Source of the DNA: a virus
Lineage: Duplodnaviria > Caudoviricetes
Strand: one strand, 5' to 3'
IMG/VR virus record: IMGVR_UViG_3300044676_003050
Span: 1-62,325 of that record
DNA length: 62,325 nt
Shown here: positions 26,868 to 37,771 of the stretch, piece after piece
How the letters are laid out: the number at the start of each line of letters is the position of its first letter
Position numbering within the stretch: the first letter of the stretch is position 1
The notes under the pieces: generated by a model
Seen by the model: the letters and a program-made list of their open reading frames with translations, nothing else
Database searches by the model: none
Told to the model about the DNA's origin: nothing
Position numbers and translations under genes: made by a program

Positions 26868-29483
26868 ATGAAATCTCTAACTTATAACGTCGTAATAACT
26901 AAATCTACGGATGCTATGAGAAATCTGTTTTTTCCTAAAAACAGACAAAGGACTAGCTTTGATAGCTTTTTTAAAGAAAATAAATCAAATAATAATTACT
27001 TAGTGTTATCCCCACGCGGGGGAAATGGATTTTTAGAGTTAGATTTTAATTTCCCAATTTCTACAAACTCTACTTATGTTTCTTTAAAATTAATTGACAC
27101 TGCCGCTATTTCTGAATTTTTTGCTGTTGATCGACACCCTGTTGATACCCTAGTGATAGATCGTATAGCTAAAGAGATATCCCTTCCGAGCACTCAGTCT
27201 GATTATGCTTTGTTTAGAGCTTTAGAAAATTTAAGTAATAAATTTTATATATCTTTTGGGTGTGGTGATGATGTTAGAACTTGGTCGGGTCCTTATGTTA
27301 TGAATCTAACCGATGCTAAATTAAGTTATGATTCTGTTGGGGTAAAAATTGTTGAATTACTTTTCACTCCCAACCCACAGAGTATAAGAACTTTTGGGGA
27401 TTCTTTATTGCTTGATTCTGCCTACGGACAAGCAGAATCCATGTTTGATAGCAAATTAATTCAACATGAGGGTATGGTGATTAAGGATGATGTCACCTTT
27501 AACTTAAAAACTGGTGCAAAAGAACCTTCCCCTGGATACAAAAGTGATATTCAACCTCAATGGAACTACTGGATTAGGTTACTAATTATTAAGTACATAA
27601 ACAATCTTTTTGAAGGAGTTCCTCGCGGCAATATACTTGCTTTGTTCTCCACGGATTTAGATGAAAGGCCCACTACGGGTAATCCTGACGGAAAAACACC
27701 AGAAGAAAAAGAAGGCAGAAATGCAATAATAAATACTAAGGAACCTATTGGAGACATTTATGACTTTAACAAAATTCTTTTAAAAATGGGTATAAGCCTA
27801 CGTCTTGTTTTTGGTAATAATTCTGATCCTTGGGCTACCCAACCTCCCGTTAATGAGACGCAAACTAGAATAACTCAAGCTATAAGTTCATCAGGAGCTA
27901 AAATTGTTGATGCTACCACCAACATTGTAGCGAATACAGCCTTAGGTTTACTTGGTAACAACGTCATAAATGATGGGCAGGGGATTATGGAAGATGTTAG
28001 TCAGGGCTCATTCTTAGCTTCGAATGCAGATAACCACCAGACATCCCCTAACATTGCTGCCGAACAAGATAAGGCTGCGATAACCATGGCAACTAACCTA
28101 AATCTAAATAACTCATCTGACAGATTTCAAGGACCAATTAAACCGTTAGTGACTTTTATTAAACGTCTTAGAGAGCATAGGAAAAGTAATCAAGAGTTTG
28201 TATTTTTTGAAGAAACTGATGTAAGAGTTTTAAAAATTCTTAAAGAGAATGGCATCATTAAGGATGATAAGTATTCAGCTATTATATTTGGTGAAAAGTC
28301 TATAGTAAAAAAATTAATATACCCTTCAAAGACTTTAGACGTTAACCCTAAGCCTTCAGTCAACGACTTAAAGTTAGGAGCATCATTAACTTACATGGGA
28401 GATCCAGCCTTATTCCCCAATTTAAATTTTAAAAAGTATTCCGAATCTTATGTTAATGAGTTTTTAGCTAATAGGGGTAGAACTTCATCATTCGGTGAGA
28501 AGATTGATCTCCAACCTTATGCTAGTGAGTTTAAAAGTATGATAAAAGATGATGAGTTTGTCTTTATGCATAATGTTAAAAACTCAAATGTTCTCGACGT
28601 TTCATTCGAAAACAAAGGTTACCAAGCTAATATGCTTATGCTAGCTTCTGAATCTAAAATAAAAAATCAAGCACAGGCAGCGGCAGCAGGGGTGGTGCTC
28701 AAGGACAACGAATTGAAGTATAGAAATCTTATAGAATACATAAAAAAAACAAACTTTGCAAGAGAGGATTTAGGATATAACGGTGAAGATGTAAGAATAC
28801 AAATCTTAGATTTATTAAGAAATAACCAGCGCGCCGCAAATTTAGTTTGGCTTGCAAAAGAATTTAACGGAAGTGATACTGAAGATGCTAATGAATCAAC
28901 AGTAGATTTTGTTGATGTAATTAATTTTATAGTTCAGGGCCACGAGCTTCCAAACCCAGGACCTAGAATTATAACAGAGCCCGGGGAAAGGCATAAGGCG
29001 TATGCAGATATGTTGGAGTCTTTACTTAAAACTTCAAAAACAGCAAGAATTAAAACTCTTCCTTTCTTTAATCACCCTCAGCTATATGAAAGGCATTGTT
29101 TTCTGTATGGACTTCAAAACAACATTAAAGGTTCCGTACTTTCAGATAAACTTAACTATGCAGTGTTTACGGGTAGGTATAAGATAATAGGAGCAAGACA
29201 CTTTATGTCTCCCACCGAAGCCTTTTCTCAATTTGATTTAGTTAAAGCTGATTTGGTTACTTCGAAAGCACCTCCTGCTTCATTTAGCCCACTTAAACTA
29301 GGCAGGGTAATAAAGCCATTTAAAAAGCAAATTACCAACAAGGAGTGGGATCGTTACTATGAGGAGCAGTGGCGTGCCCGGCTCGCGGAAGAAGAAGAAA
29401 AATTTAGAAATGCATCGTGGTCTGAGAAAGTAGGTATGGCATATGATTATATTATTAATTTTTTCTATACTGGTGAATTTTAA
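26868..29483 (+). CDS. Baseplate hub protein (gp27/gpD-like, enlarged)
   Basis: Between LysM and spike genes; C-terminal FTGRYKIIGARH...FSQFDLVK; ATG 26868 directly follows the upstream stop. Confidence 0.6.
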   Translation: MKSLTYNVVITKSTDAMRNLFFPKNRQRTSFDSFFKENKSNNNYLVLSPRGGNGFLELDFNFPISTNSTYVSLKLIDTAAISEFFAVDRHPVDTLVIDRIAKEISLPSTQSDYALFRALENLSNKFYISFGCGDDVRTWSGPYVMNLTDAKLSYDSVGVKIVELLFTPNPQSIRTFGDSLLLDSAYGQAESMFDSKLIQHEGMVIKDDVTFNLKTGAKEPSPGYKSDIQPQWNYWIRLLIIKYINNLFEGVPRGNILALFSTDLDERPTTGNPDGKTPEEKEGRNAIINTKEPIGDIYDFNKILLKMGISLRLVFGNNSDPWATQPPVNETQTRITQAISSSGAKIVDATTNIVANTALGLLGNNVINDGQGIMEDVSQGSFLASNADNHQTSPNIAAEQDKAAITMATNLNLNNSSDRFQGPIKPLVTFIKRLREHRKSNQEFVFFEETDVRVLKILKENGIIKDDKYSAIIFGEKSIVKKLIYPSKTLDVNPKPSVNDLKLGASLTYMGDPALFPNLNFKKYSESYVNEFLANRGRTSSFGEKIDLQPYASEFKSMIKDDEFVFMHNVKNSNVLDVSFENKGYQANMLMLASESKIKNQAQAAAAGVVLKDNELKYRNLIEYIKKTNFAREDLGYNGEDVRIQILDLLRNNQRAANLVWLAKEFNGSDTEDANESTVDFVDVINFIVQGHELPNPGPRIITEPGERHKAYADMLESLLKTSKTARIKTLPFFNHPQLYERHCFLYGLQNNIKGSVLSDKLNYAVFTGRYKIIGARHFMSPTEAFSQFDLVKADLVTSKAPPASFSPLKLGRVIKPFKKQITNKEWDRYYEEQWRARLAEEEEKFRNASWSEKVGMAYDYIINFFYTGEF

Positions 29484-29498
29484 CTTAGGAATTAATTT

Positions 29499-30740
29499 AT
29501 GAATATATTTAAAGGTCAAGTTGTTTCTAATGTGGACGGTAATGAGGCTGGAGCGTTTTTTGCGATGTTCCCTGCTTATGGACCTGATGCCTACAAGGTC
29601 ACTTACACATCCCCTTTCTTCAAAACCAATGGTGGTGGATTTTTAGGAATTCCTGATAAGGGTGACAATATTTTAGCTTTTTATAATGAAGATGCAGAGG
29701 AGGAAGATGATTACTTTTACTATCTATCAACAATTGTATCAGAGGATTCAACCGCATCTAAAAGAAATCGTAAATTTAAACCAATACCCAACAATGATGT
29801 GTCCCCTTATAACAAAGGAAAGCCTGTAGGTCAAAGATTTACTAATGAAACAGGTGCTGGATTCTATATTCAAAGAAACTATGAAAAGAATAAGATAAGT
29901 AATAACGTTACTATGCGAGCGGAGACTGGTGAGGAAGTAAACGTCGGCGCAAAGGGAGTGCAGATAACTAACCCAGATGGGGACTGTATCGTCCTCACAG
30001 GTCCAGAATCCGATGCCCTTGCTTATGGTTCAAGAGCTTTACATATTAGCACTGATGGACCTCAGGAGTTTAAATGCTTAACAGGCGATATTAATATGCG
30101 TATTGATAATGGGGGTGATATCAATATCGAAAATAATTCGTGGGGATTGAATGGTATACCTCCTTGGTCAGGAAACATTAGACTTAAGAGTCGTTGGAAA
30201 GATGTTACTTTAGCTGCTCTTAGTGAAGAGCCTTTACTTGGAGGCAAGGTACATATAGTTACAGTAGGGGGTAAAGTGACAGTGAGTAACGATGGAAGTG
30301 TTGAGATTTTTGCAGGAACGCCTACGGCACCTCCGTTGACGGTACCGACTCCAACCCCGACAGTTCCAGGTGCTCCTTCGTTAAAAATAACCAGTCTTGG
30401 GAATGTTGATATCAAAGCTAATGGCTCGATAAACTTAGATGCCGGTTTAGGTGTAAATGTAAATAGTGGAGGTTTAGTTACTGTAGGGTCCCAAGCAGGG
30501 ACCGTATTAAACTCTATTGGTCCTGTTGCTACTAATGCAGCAAGCATAGTTCAGAACGGATTACCACTTTTAACAACCAATCCTACTGGAGGAGATATAT
30601 CTATTGTTGTACCAATGACACCACTTCCTACTCCTCCTATTCCTTTTGTCCCCGCTACCCCGGCTCCAGGTCTTGGCGCACCATTCCCTAATGCGTATGC
30701 TGATGGGGTTCCGGGTGCTGACGGTGGAGGTGCAGTGTAA
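29499..30740 (+). CDS. Central spike protein (gp5/VgrG-like OB-fold plus beta-repeat), no lysozyme domain
   Basis: FKGQVVSNVD...YTSPF...GF..IP..GD.IL N-terminus; GDINI/GNVDI/GSINL repeats; Pro-rich end. Confidence 0.75.
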   Translation: MNIFKGQVVSNVDGNEAGAFFAMFPAYGPDAYKVTYTSPFFKTNGGGFLGIPDKGDNILAFYNEDAEEEDDYFYYLSTIVSEDSTASKRNRKFKPIPNNDVSPYNKGKPVGQRFTNETGAGFYIQRNYEKNKISNNVTMRAETGEEVNVGAKGVQITNPDGDCIVLTGPESDALAYGSRALHISTDGPQEFKCLTGDINMRIDNGGDINIENNSWGLNGIPPWSGNIRLKSRWKDVTLAALSEEPLLGGKVHIVTVGGKVTVSNDGSVEIFAGTPTAPPLTVPTPTPTVPGAPSLKITSLGNVDIKANGSINLDAGLGVNVNSGGLVTVGSQAGTVLNSIGPVATNAASIVQNGLPLLTTNPTGGDISIVVPMTPLPTPPIPFVPATPAPGLGAPFPNAYADGVPGADGGGAV

Positions 30741-33349
30741 TGGCATTTGACGCAAAAACCTTTGTACAGGGTGGGGGAAACTTCGAAAGTCTTTTAGGAG
30801 CTTTCGGGATACCTAGCTGTATGGTTGAGTTGGGAGAAGCCGCCCTTGCTCTAATTCCTACACCAATTTTACTGGCTGTTAGACATGCTATAAATAAAGC
30901 AAAGGAGAGAGCAGACAGGATTGTTAAAAAGATCATGTCTTACATCAGAGACCTCTTAGGGATTTCCTTGTTCCCTGATAAGGACGATTACTTTGGAGTT
31001 TTCTCAGAATGGTCTAGGCTAGGGTTAGATTTAATAAGTGGCATAACAGAAGTAATTGCAACATTCTTAGAACTTGCTGAGGCTGCGATAGCTGCTTTCA
31101 ATGAGCTTTCCCAAGCATATGAAGCCGTTAAGGATTGTTTAGACCAGTTTAAAGCAATGCGCGACTACGAAAACGGTAACGCAGGGAAAAGGCGAGAAGA
31201 GTTATCAAAACAAGACGCTGGAGCATACAGGCGTAGAATTGATGCTGAGTTTGGAGTTTACTTACAACAAGCTCAGATAGCTCAAGACTTTGTTGATCAA
31301 GCGGACGCTCAACTGCGTATCATAGATGACATTCTTCTGCAAAGGACACTTGACCCAACGTTAGAGCCCGGTGCTCAAGAGGAAGTTACTGAGTCTGTGT
31401 TCAGACTTGATGCTGGTCCTCCTAGATCTAAATCGGGTAGATTCATCCTCTCGATTGACGGACTGTATTATGACTCGCAAGCCAGCGGTATTCAACCAGC
31501 CTTGCTTGAACTTTCTCAGAGAGAGGAAGACCTAAAGATTGAGACTGGAGGCTTTGATAATGCAAATCTTTGGAGGTTAGAGTTTGACCCAAGCTTAGGC
31601 GGTAGAGGTATTCCTACTACTTCTAACGATTTAAGATTCTATTTTGATAGTATTTTAGATCCTAAAATTATTGATGACTCTCCTGCAATCACAAAATATT
31701 ACAATCAGGACGAGTTACTACTCACCCTTGAAGGTCAGAAAGATAGAAGAGTTTTTGACGTTTCATCTGAACTTCAAGAGTTGATAGATGATGAAAAATC
31801 TCAAGCAATTATTGACAACATGCGTCAGGTAATGTTATCTGAAACTGCTCAGTTCCAAGATAGGATTAATAAGAGAAAGAAACAGATTGAGTTAGCTGTT
31901 AAGGTTCCGACTTTTATGGGCAAGGGACCTAAATATCTTCCCGGTAATGTACCTGTCAATGATTTCTCTTATTTAGCTGGTTCTAACTTCATTATGGATA
32001 TTCAGAATCAGAGAAAAATTGTTCTTGATCAGGCGGATGTCACAGGAGTTGTTTTACCTTTAGAAGTGAAGTATACTGAAAAGGTCGAAACGAACGATCC
32101 GTTATTACTTGATCACTTGTTGTTAGCGAGTGTTGCTAAGGGTGAAACTATTGCGAGTCCTATAGAACCTTCCGCTCAAAGCCTTCAAATTAATGATCGT
32201 ATAATTGAAGATGGGTTATTTGCACTATACAACTACCTGACTATAGAAACAGATGAACCTTCTGGAACAAACTTTGGAGGTCATAACTCTAGTAGACTCG
32301 GGATTGGAACAAATGCTCAAATAGTAGGGACTGCATCCAGCATGTTCGATAAGGGGTTAGGTATACCTTTCCTTAGTGGAGTCGCTTTCCCAGCCTCAGG
32401 ATCGTCTGAGATCGAATCTATGGGCAGTTATATTAAGATGCCTGAGACATCTGAATTCCAAGACTTCCTTTACAATACAGCGGGAGGCACGTTTGAGACT
32501 TGGATTCATATGCCTGATCTCGACGGAGTAACCACTGGCTACAACTTGCATGATAACGACACGTTAGGGTTATACCGATTAATATTAGCGAATGAAAACG
32601 TGGGCATTTCTGACTCAAAGAACCCTCAAGAAGATATTAACAATCTTAGGCTAGACACAGGTACGGGGATTGTTAGGGGTGCCATACTAGGGTTCACTAG
32701 GGATAGGAGATTTACCTTAGGCGAAGAACCTAGCAATAGCGATATCGACAACAGTGTTGAGGATCTTGTTTTGGTTCTCGCGCCTACCCAATCTTATGAT
32801 TCTTCTAGTGTTGGGTTTGTTGCTAACAGACAACTGAACTGCAACAAGGACTCCTACTACGGTATGACAGTCCCGGTGTTTGAAACTTTAAATAATAAAT
32901 CCCTTTCAAGCTGTGGTGAGTCTTTCGTGCAATTGTCGGTAGCTATTGACCCCCAAGAAGATGAGATAAGAATTTACATGGACGGTGTAAAGCTTACTAC
33001 CTCTAGTTACCAGAATACTTTTGGAACAAACCGAGCGGGTGAAGTATACAAAGCTCCTTCAATTAAACAAAACAATTCTTTTGAGTATTCTGGTGGCCCT
33101 TCACTCGATACTTATTTCACTCCCTGGATTCTCGGAGGTGGATATACTGACGGCTTCTCTGGCGGTAACTTCATGGGTGGTGAGTATGGTGGTAAGGTTA
33201 GTGGTCTTAGAGGTTACTTAGGTTGTACTAGATTCTATTCAAAGCCGCTTAGTGATGCTGAAGTACTAAATAATTATAAAGCAACTCAGAACTTCTTTGA
33301 TAATGTTGAAGTTCCGAACTCACTTTGGGAACCTCTTGAAATACCGTAA
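30740..33349 (+). CDS. Baseplate-associated protein with C-terminal LamG/ConA-like domain (869 aa)
   Basis: GGTFETWIH, IRIYMDG, GYLG..RFYSKPLS..EV..NY; helical N-terminus. Confidence 0.65.
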   Translation: MAFDAKTFVQGGGNFESLLGAFGIPSCMVELGEAALALIPTPILLAVRHAINKAKERADRIVKKIMSYIRDLLGISLFPDKDDYFGVFSEWSRLGLDLISGITEVIATFLELAEAAIAAFNELSQAYEAVKDCLDQFKAMRDYENGNAGKRREELSKQDAGAYRRRIDAEFGVYLQQAQIAQDFVDQADAQLRIIDDILLQRTLDPTLEPGAQEEVTESVFRLDAGPPRSKSGRFILSIDGLYYDSQASGIQPALLELSQREEDLKIETGGFDNANLWRLEFDPSLGGRGIPTTSNDLRFYFDSILDPKIIDDSPAITKYYNQDELLLTLEGQKDRRVFDVSSELQELIDDEKSQAIIDNMRQVMLSETAQFQDRINKRKKQIELAVKVPTFMGKGPKYLPGNVPVNDFSYLAGSNFIMDIQNQRKIVLDQADVTGVVLPLEVKYTEKVETNDPLLLDHLLLASVAKGETIASPIEPSAQSLQINDRIIEDGLFALYNYLTIETDEPSGTNFGGHNSSRLGIGTNAQIVGTASSMFDKGLGIPFLSGVAFPASGSSEIESMGSYIKMPETSEFQDFLYNTAGGTFETWIHMPDLDGVTTGYNLHDNDTLGLYRLILANENVGISDSKNPQEDINNLRLDTGTGIVRGAILGFTRDRRFTLGEEPSNSDIDNSVEDLVLVLAPTQSYDSSSVGFVANRQLNCNKDSYYGMTVPVFETLNNKSLSSCGESFVQLSVAIDPQEDEIRIYMDGVKLTTSSYQNTFGTNRAGEVYKAPSIKQNNSFEYSGGPSLDTYFTPWILGGGYTDGFSGGNFMGGEYGGKVSGLRGYLGCTRFYSKPLSDAEVLNNYKATQNFFDNVEVPNSLWEPLEIP

Positions 33350-36300
33350 TGCCTAAAATCAATCCAGATATCCCTGCTAACTCTGTTCAATATTTCTCTA
33401 ATGCTAGGGGAGTGAATTATTTTCCTAGCTTAGAGAGTGAATGGAAGAAGTCTGGCTACCTTCCTAGAGTTGATTATGTAAACGCAGCAGCATTGGCGAT
33501 TTTTGCAGCGATTGATGGACTGAGTGTACCTCCTGGTACTATTTTAGAGAAAGCAGCGGCTCTTGGATATGGTGCTTTAGATATCTTCACAGGATCGAAT
33601 GGAGCTACTATATGGAAATACTACAATGAAGAAGATCATGAGAAAAGTATTATCGCTCTTAAAAAGTTAGGTGTAAACTGCATCAGGACTCCTTTGAATT
33701 ATGCGGTTTGGAATAGGGATAAACCGTTATACATTAGTAAAGTTAAGAGTTTTTTAAAAGTATGCGATAAGCACAAAATTAGGGTTCAGTTTACTCTTTG
33801 GGATGCAGAAGAAAACTTGTCTACTATTTATGGCCAATCTATTCCAGAACCTACAAATTATAACGCCTTAGACTTAACCTATGAATGCAGCGTCGAACAC
33901 CCTAGAAACCCTTACGCATCTAAAGCTGATGATCCCACTTTCTTTTCAGGTGCAGGAGAGTTTGATGCTGGTGTTTATTTAGATCAATTAGCTAGCTCGG
34001 TGTCTGCATATCAATCTATGTGGTGTTTCGATTTGTGTAATAAGCCAGTAAAAGAATTTTACGGATTAGTTACATCATCCTACGATAGACTTAATCAGAA
34101 TTTATCATCTACTCCTATAAAATATACTTTCTCACCTAAGGATGGGTTGAGTATATTTAACGACACTTCTTACTTAGATAACGGTAAAGGCACTGGACCT
34201 AGTGGGTCTTTTAGTATTGAAGATATAAAAAACTTATCAGGATTAGTAGATTTTATTTCAGTTCCTTTCATAGCAAACAATGATTATGCTTTTAAGAGAT
34301 ATCTTAATGGAGCCATAAGCGGCACTCAGAGTTATGGAATATCAAAGCCATTTATGGTTTATGCCGCATATGATCCTGAGCTAGGTCAGAATTTTAATAC
34401 AACGGTAGATGTTTTAAATACAAGTTCAGTAGGGTATTTCGGAGATATAGGAGTTATTGATAGTCCCTTTAGTTTTGGAAAGTCTAGGGCTAAAGGCGGA
34501 AACATTTATTGGGATGGTCAATATGCAGATGTGAGCATTGCTAGCTCTTTGGTTTCTCAGGCTTCTTCAATTAACTGGTACAACAGAAGAGATCTATCAA
34601 AATATAGTCGTCTTAAGGGTAAGTCTGACGATCCTACAAATGCCTCAGGCGGATTCTTTTCTGGAACTCCTTCTTTCTTAGAAGCTTATAGTTCTGAATA
34701 TCAAGCTATGCCTGAGACTAGGTGGAATTTTTTAAGAGACTACTACTTAAATGCTGGGGATACTTTAATTAATTTGATGTCTCGGAGAAAACAAGGATCT
34801 AAAACATTTAAAGCCCCGTATAGTTCCAACTACACTGACTCCGTTGAGTATAATTTAATAACCTCCTCTCTTCATAGGAATAATTTAGAAGAGAATCTAA
34901 GAATATTATACAACTTTGGAGACTACTTTCCTGCAATTTCCTCATACACTTTCTCTACAGGAGGCGATGAGTGGCAAGTTATAAATAAAACAATGACTAT
35001 CAGGAATGAATTCCTAAAGTCATTATCTAAATTTATTATTGATTATGACTCAAACTCAGTTGGGTATGCCGAGTTAAGGAATAGTGTATACGACCCTAAC
35101 CCGATACCTCACTATGAACGTGAAGAGTTAATAGATCTGATTAGCGATATAGATGATACTTATCGTTATGTGAAGAGAAATCCAACGACTAATGGCATCA
35201 CTGATTTTTCTTCAACAAGGACTTATCAGTATGGGGATTCCATTTATGGAAGCGCCGATAGTGGTTCACATTTTTCAACCTATTACGATAACTTCTATTC
35301 TGAATTATGCGCTCAACTGAAAAAGTGTTTGATGTGGATTTATCGAGAAGGGGAGACGAACTCTAATTTTAAAATTGTTAGTGATTCTTTCCTTAATGAG
35401 ATATCGTTTCAGTCGTCTTCGTTAAGTGCTGTTGAGGTTTATTCATCTGAAGTAAGTGGAAGTCCTGAATACATGCCAGGGAGCTTATCTTCTTTAAAGT
35501 CTCCTTACTTTGAAGTTGACGTTTATGATGCTGAGTCTTCAAGCTGGCTTTCTAGTTTTGTGTTTCAAGCCTCTGGAGTCGGGAACCCTAGACAGCTAAC
35601 AGACGCAGTAAATCCCGGAGGGATTTACGAAAGCCTTAGTGCTTACTGGTGCCCTCATGGTTCTCACCCCACTATGAACTTTACAACTTTTGGATTAAGT
35701 GGTTTAGCAAAAGTTAAGATACGTGCATTAGACGGTGGATTCCCTGCTAGTACATCTCTTTATGTATTCCCTAAGAGAAGTAATAAGACTAGATCTTTTA
35801 CACACAACCCTACTGATGACACTTTTGAGGGAGAGGTTTACATTGGTGACAAGTTATGGCTGGAGTTTACTAATGATAATTTAGCTCCGAGCACTCCTTT
35901 ATTCCTGTTTGGAGATCCGTTCAAACCTCCGATACCTGCTGGCCTTCAAAGCTACGCTGGGGAGAATAGGTTAGATCACCTAGAGATTGATCCTGACGCT
36001 GCCAATCCTCAAACTACACCTAACCTAACATCCAGCCCGTCAGACGCATATACTACAATTAATTGGGCATCCCCAGGGAACCCTACAGTATTTAGTAGTC
36101 TACAACCAGGAACTTACTTCGGCCCAGGTATTCACTATGTCAGTGCCGGACTACCTATATCATCTAACTCTACGTTCTACATAGACGCTAACGCATATAT
36201 TATTGGTGGGTTTGATTGTGCTAGTGCTCACAACAGTAAGGTTATAGGTAGAGGAGTATTCTCCCCAGGCGAGCTATACCCTAGATCGTTCTTATTTGAC

Positions 36301-37326
36301 CAAGACACTCAACAAGGTGTAAAGAGTTTATTTGAAGAAGCTCCGAGTTTCTACGGCCCTTTAGGAACGTCATGGTCATCCATGAATGAGTATGCTTCGA
36401 CATATAGAAACAATATTGGACTTCCTAATATGACCCTGGAGGGAATCACTATAACTAATTGGGGATTTTTTGTAATAGGTAGAAATTTATTTGATACTTT
36501 CAATCACTGCAAAGCACTAATACCTTGGTCGTTTAATGCTGATGGCTTTAAGCCAGGAAGCTCAAAAACAGGAGATAGAATTAGCGTTAAGAACTCAGTT
36601 CATGTTTGTGGGGATGACCAGATTAATCCTTTTGGCAGTAATTGGAACAATGAAGTTTTATTCAGGAATAATATCTTAGGGTGTATGAGGACAACGCCCT
36701 TCTTCTCATTCACTAACAGCGCAAGTAGCGCGTATTGGAGTGTGGTAAAGGATACTGATGTTTTATGTTACAATGCCCCTCCTACAAAACCGAATCCTCT
36801 AACTAATTCGTTTGGAAGACAAGGCATATTTACATTCTATAGTTCTGAGAATGTATCTGATTCTTTCGTGAGGGGTAATGTTAATGCTCTAATTTCAGAT
36901 GTTGATATACGTGGAGGTCAAGACCATCCCGTATATCACAGCATATTTAGATGGGGTAACATGTTAAGACCTGGAGGCCCAGCAGCATCTCAGATTCCTC
37001 CAGGCGGATTCTATGAAAATATTAATTTAACAAATATTAACATATCTCCTAGTGCTAACGAAGCTTCATCTCTTCAAATGTCTTCCTGTATTATTGGGTT
37101 GTCTGCTACAAGACTTAGCACTCAGCACCCCAATCAACCAACAAATAGACCTGAAGATATTACTATTACAAATATGAAAATTAATCAGAATCCTCCTACG
37201 TTTTTAACTAGTAATAACGTTGACGATTGGGTGGCTTGGTATGAACCCCTTAGTGGTACAAATAGTGTAACAGATCCAGACTCCGTAGATGGTTCTAGTG
37301 CAGGAATAGTATTCAAGACAACTTAA
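33349..37326 (+). CDS. Two-domain glycanase-like tail protein: GH5/clan-A-like barrel plus GH49/GH28-like beta-helix (1325 aa)
   Basis: RGVNY.P, LG.N.IR, FL..C.KH.I.V...L.D, FDLCNKP; later PLFLFGDP, YFGPGIH, FYIDANAYIIG, IGRGV.S, LEGITI, W..NADG, GDD. Confidence 0.65.
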   Translation: MPKINPDIPANSVQYFSNARGVNYFPSLESEWKKSGYLPRVDYVNAAALAIFAAIDGLSVPPGTILEKAAALGYGALDIFTGSNGATIWKYYNEEDHEKSIIALKKLGVNCIRTPLNYAVWNRDKPLYISKVKSFLKVCDKHKIRVQFTLWDAEENLSTIYGQSIPEPTNYNALDLTYECSVEHPRNPYASKADDPTFFSGAGEFDAGVYLDQLASSVSAYQSMWCFDLCNKPVKEFYGLVTSSYDRLNQNLSSTPIKYTFSPKDGLSIFNDTSYLDNGKGTGPSGSFSIEDIKNLSGLVDFISVPFIANNDYAFKRYLNGAISGTQSYGISKPFMVYAAYDPELGQNFNTTVDVLNTSSVGYFGDIGVIDSPFSFGKSRAKGGNIYWDGQYADVSIASSLVSQASSINWYNRRDLSKYSRLKGKSDDPTNASGGFFSGTPSFLEAYSSEYQAMPETRWNFLRDYYLNAGDTLINLMSRRKQGSKTFKAPYSSNYTDSVEYNLITSSLHRNNLEENLRILYNFGDYFPAISSYTFSTGGDEWQVINKTMTIRNEFLKSLSKFIIDYDSNSVGYAELRNSVYDPNPIPHYEREELIDLISDIDDTYRYVKRNPTTNGITDFSSTRTYQYGDSIYGSADSGSHFSTYYDNFYSELCAQLKKCLMWIYREGETNSNFKIVSDSFLNEISFQSSSLSAVEVYSSEVSGSPEYMPGSLSSLKSPYFEVDVYDAESSSWLSSFVFQASGVGNPRQLTDAVNPGGIYESLSAYWCPHGSHPTMNFTTFGLSGLAKVKIRALDGGFPASTSLYVFPKRSNKTRSFTHNPTDDTFEGEVYIGDKLWLEFTNDNLAPSTPLFLFGDPFKPPIPAGLQSYAGENRLDHLEIDPDAANPQTTPNLTSSPSDAYTTINWASPGNPTVFSSLQPGTYFGPGIHYVSAGLPISSNSTFYIDANAYIIGGFDCASAHNSKVIGRGVFSPGELYPRSFLFDQDTQQGVKSLFEEAPSFYGPLGTSWSSMNEYASTYRNNIGLPNMTLEGITITNWGFFVIGRNLFDTFNHCKALIPWSFNADGFKPGSSKTGDRISVKNSVHVCGDDQINPFGSNWNNEVLFRNNILGCMRTTPFFSFTNSASSAYWSVVKDTDVLCYNAPPTKPNPLTNSFGRQGIFTFYSSENVSDSFVRGNVNALISDVDIRGGQDHPVYHSIFRWGNMLRPGGPAASQIPPGGFYENINLTNINISPSANEASSLQMSSCIIGLSATRLSTQHPNQPTNRPEDITITNMKINQNPPTFLTSNNVDDWVAWYEPLSGTNSVTDPDSVDGSSAGIVFKTT

Positions 37327-37327
37327 A

Positions 37328-37771
37328 ATGGCTATCTCAAATAACGTTAAAACTTATGGGGCGATTACCCCCTCCTTGATTCAAAACGCTACAGTTCTAA
37401 AAGACCCAAGACTGCAAGGTCTAAACTATCCCATACCTAAAAATCCAAAAAATGGTTATTTTGGTAAGACCACTAATCTGGAATTAATTAAATCTAATTT
37501 GTCTTCTCTGATCAGAACTGAAAGAGGTGAAAGATTTATGAGACCAGATTATGGATGCAATCTAAGAAAGTTTTTGATGGAACCCTTAGATGAAATTACT
37601 TTTTCTCTGATAAAGGAAGAGGTTGTAACTTCCATACGTAGATATCTTAGCACAGTTGCTATAGGAAAACTTCAAGTCTTTGAGACACGAGGTGGGCAGT
37701 TGAAGGTTAATCTGTTCTGTTCCATTAGGGATGCTGTCGCAACAGCTTTTAATATCGGAGTTAGAATATAA
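37328..37771 (+). CDS. gp25: Baseplate wedge subunit gp25
   Basis: IKSNL..LI.T.RGER.M.PDYGC.L...L.EP. Confidence 0.93.
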   Translation: MAISNNVKTYGAITPSLIQNATVLKDPRLQGLNYPIPKNPKNGYFGKTTNLELIKSNLSSLIRTERGERFMRPDYGCNLRKFLMEPLDEITFSLIKEEVVTSIRRYLSTVAIGKLQVFETRGGQLKVNLFCSIRDAVATAFNIGVRI

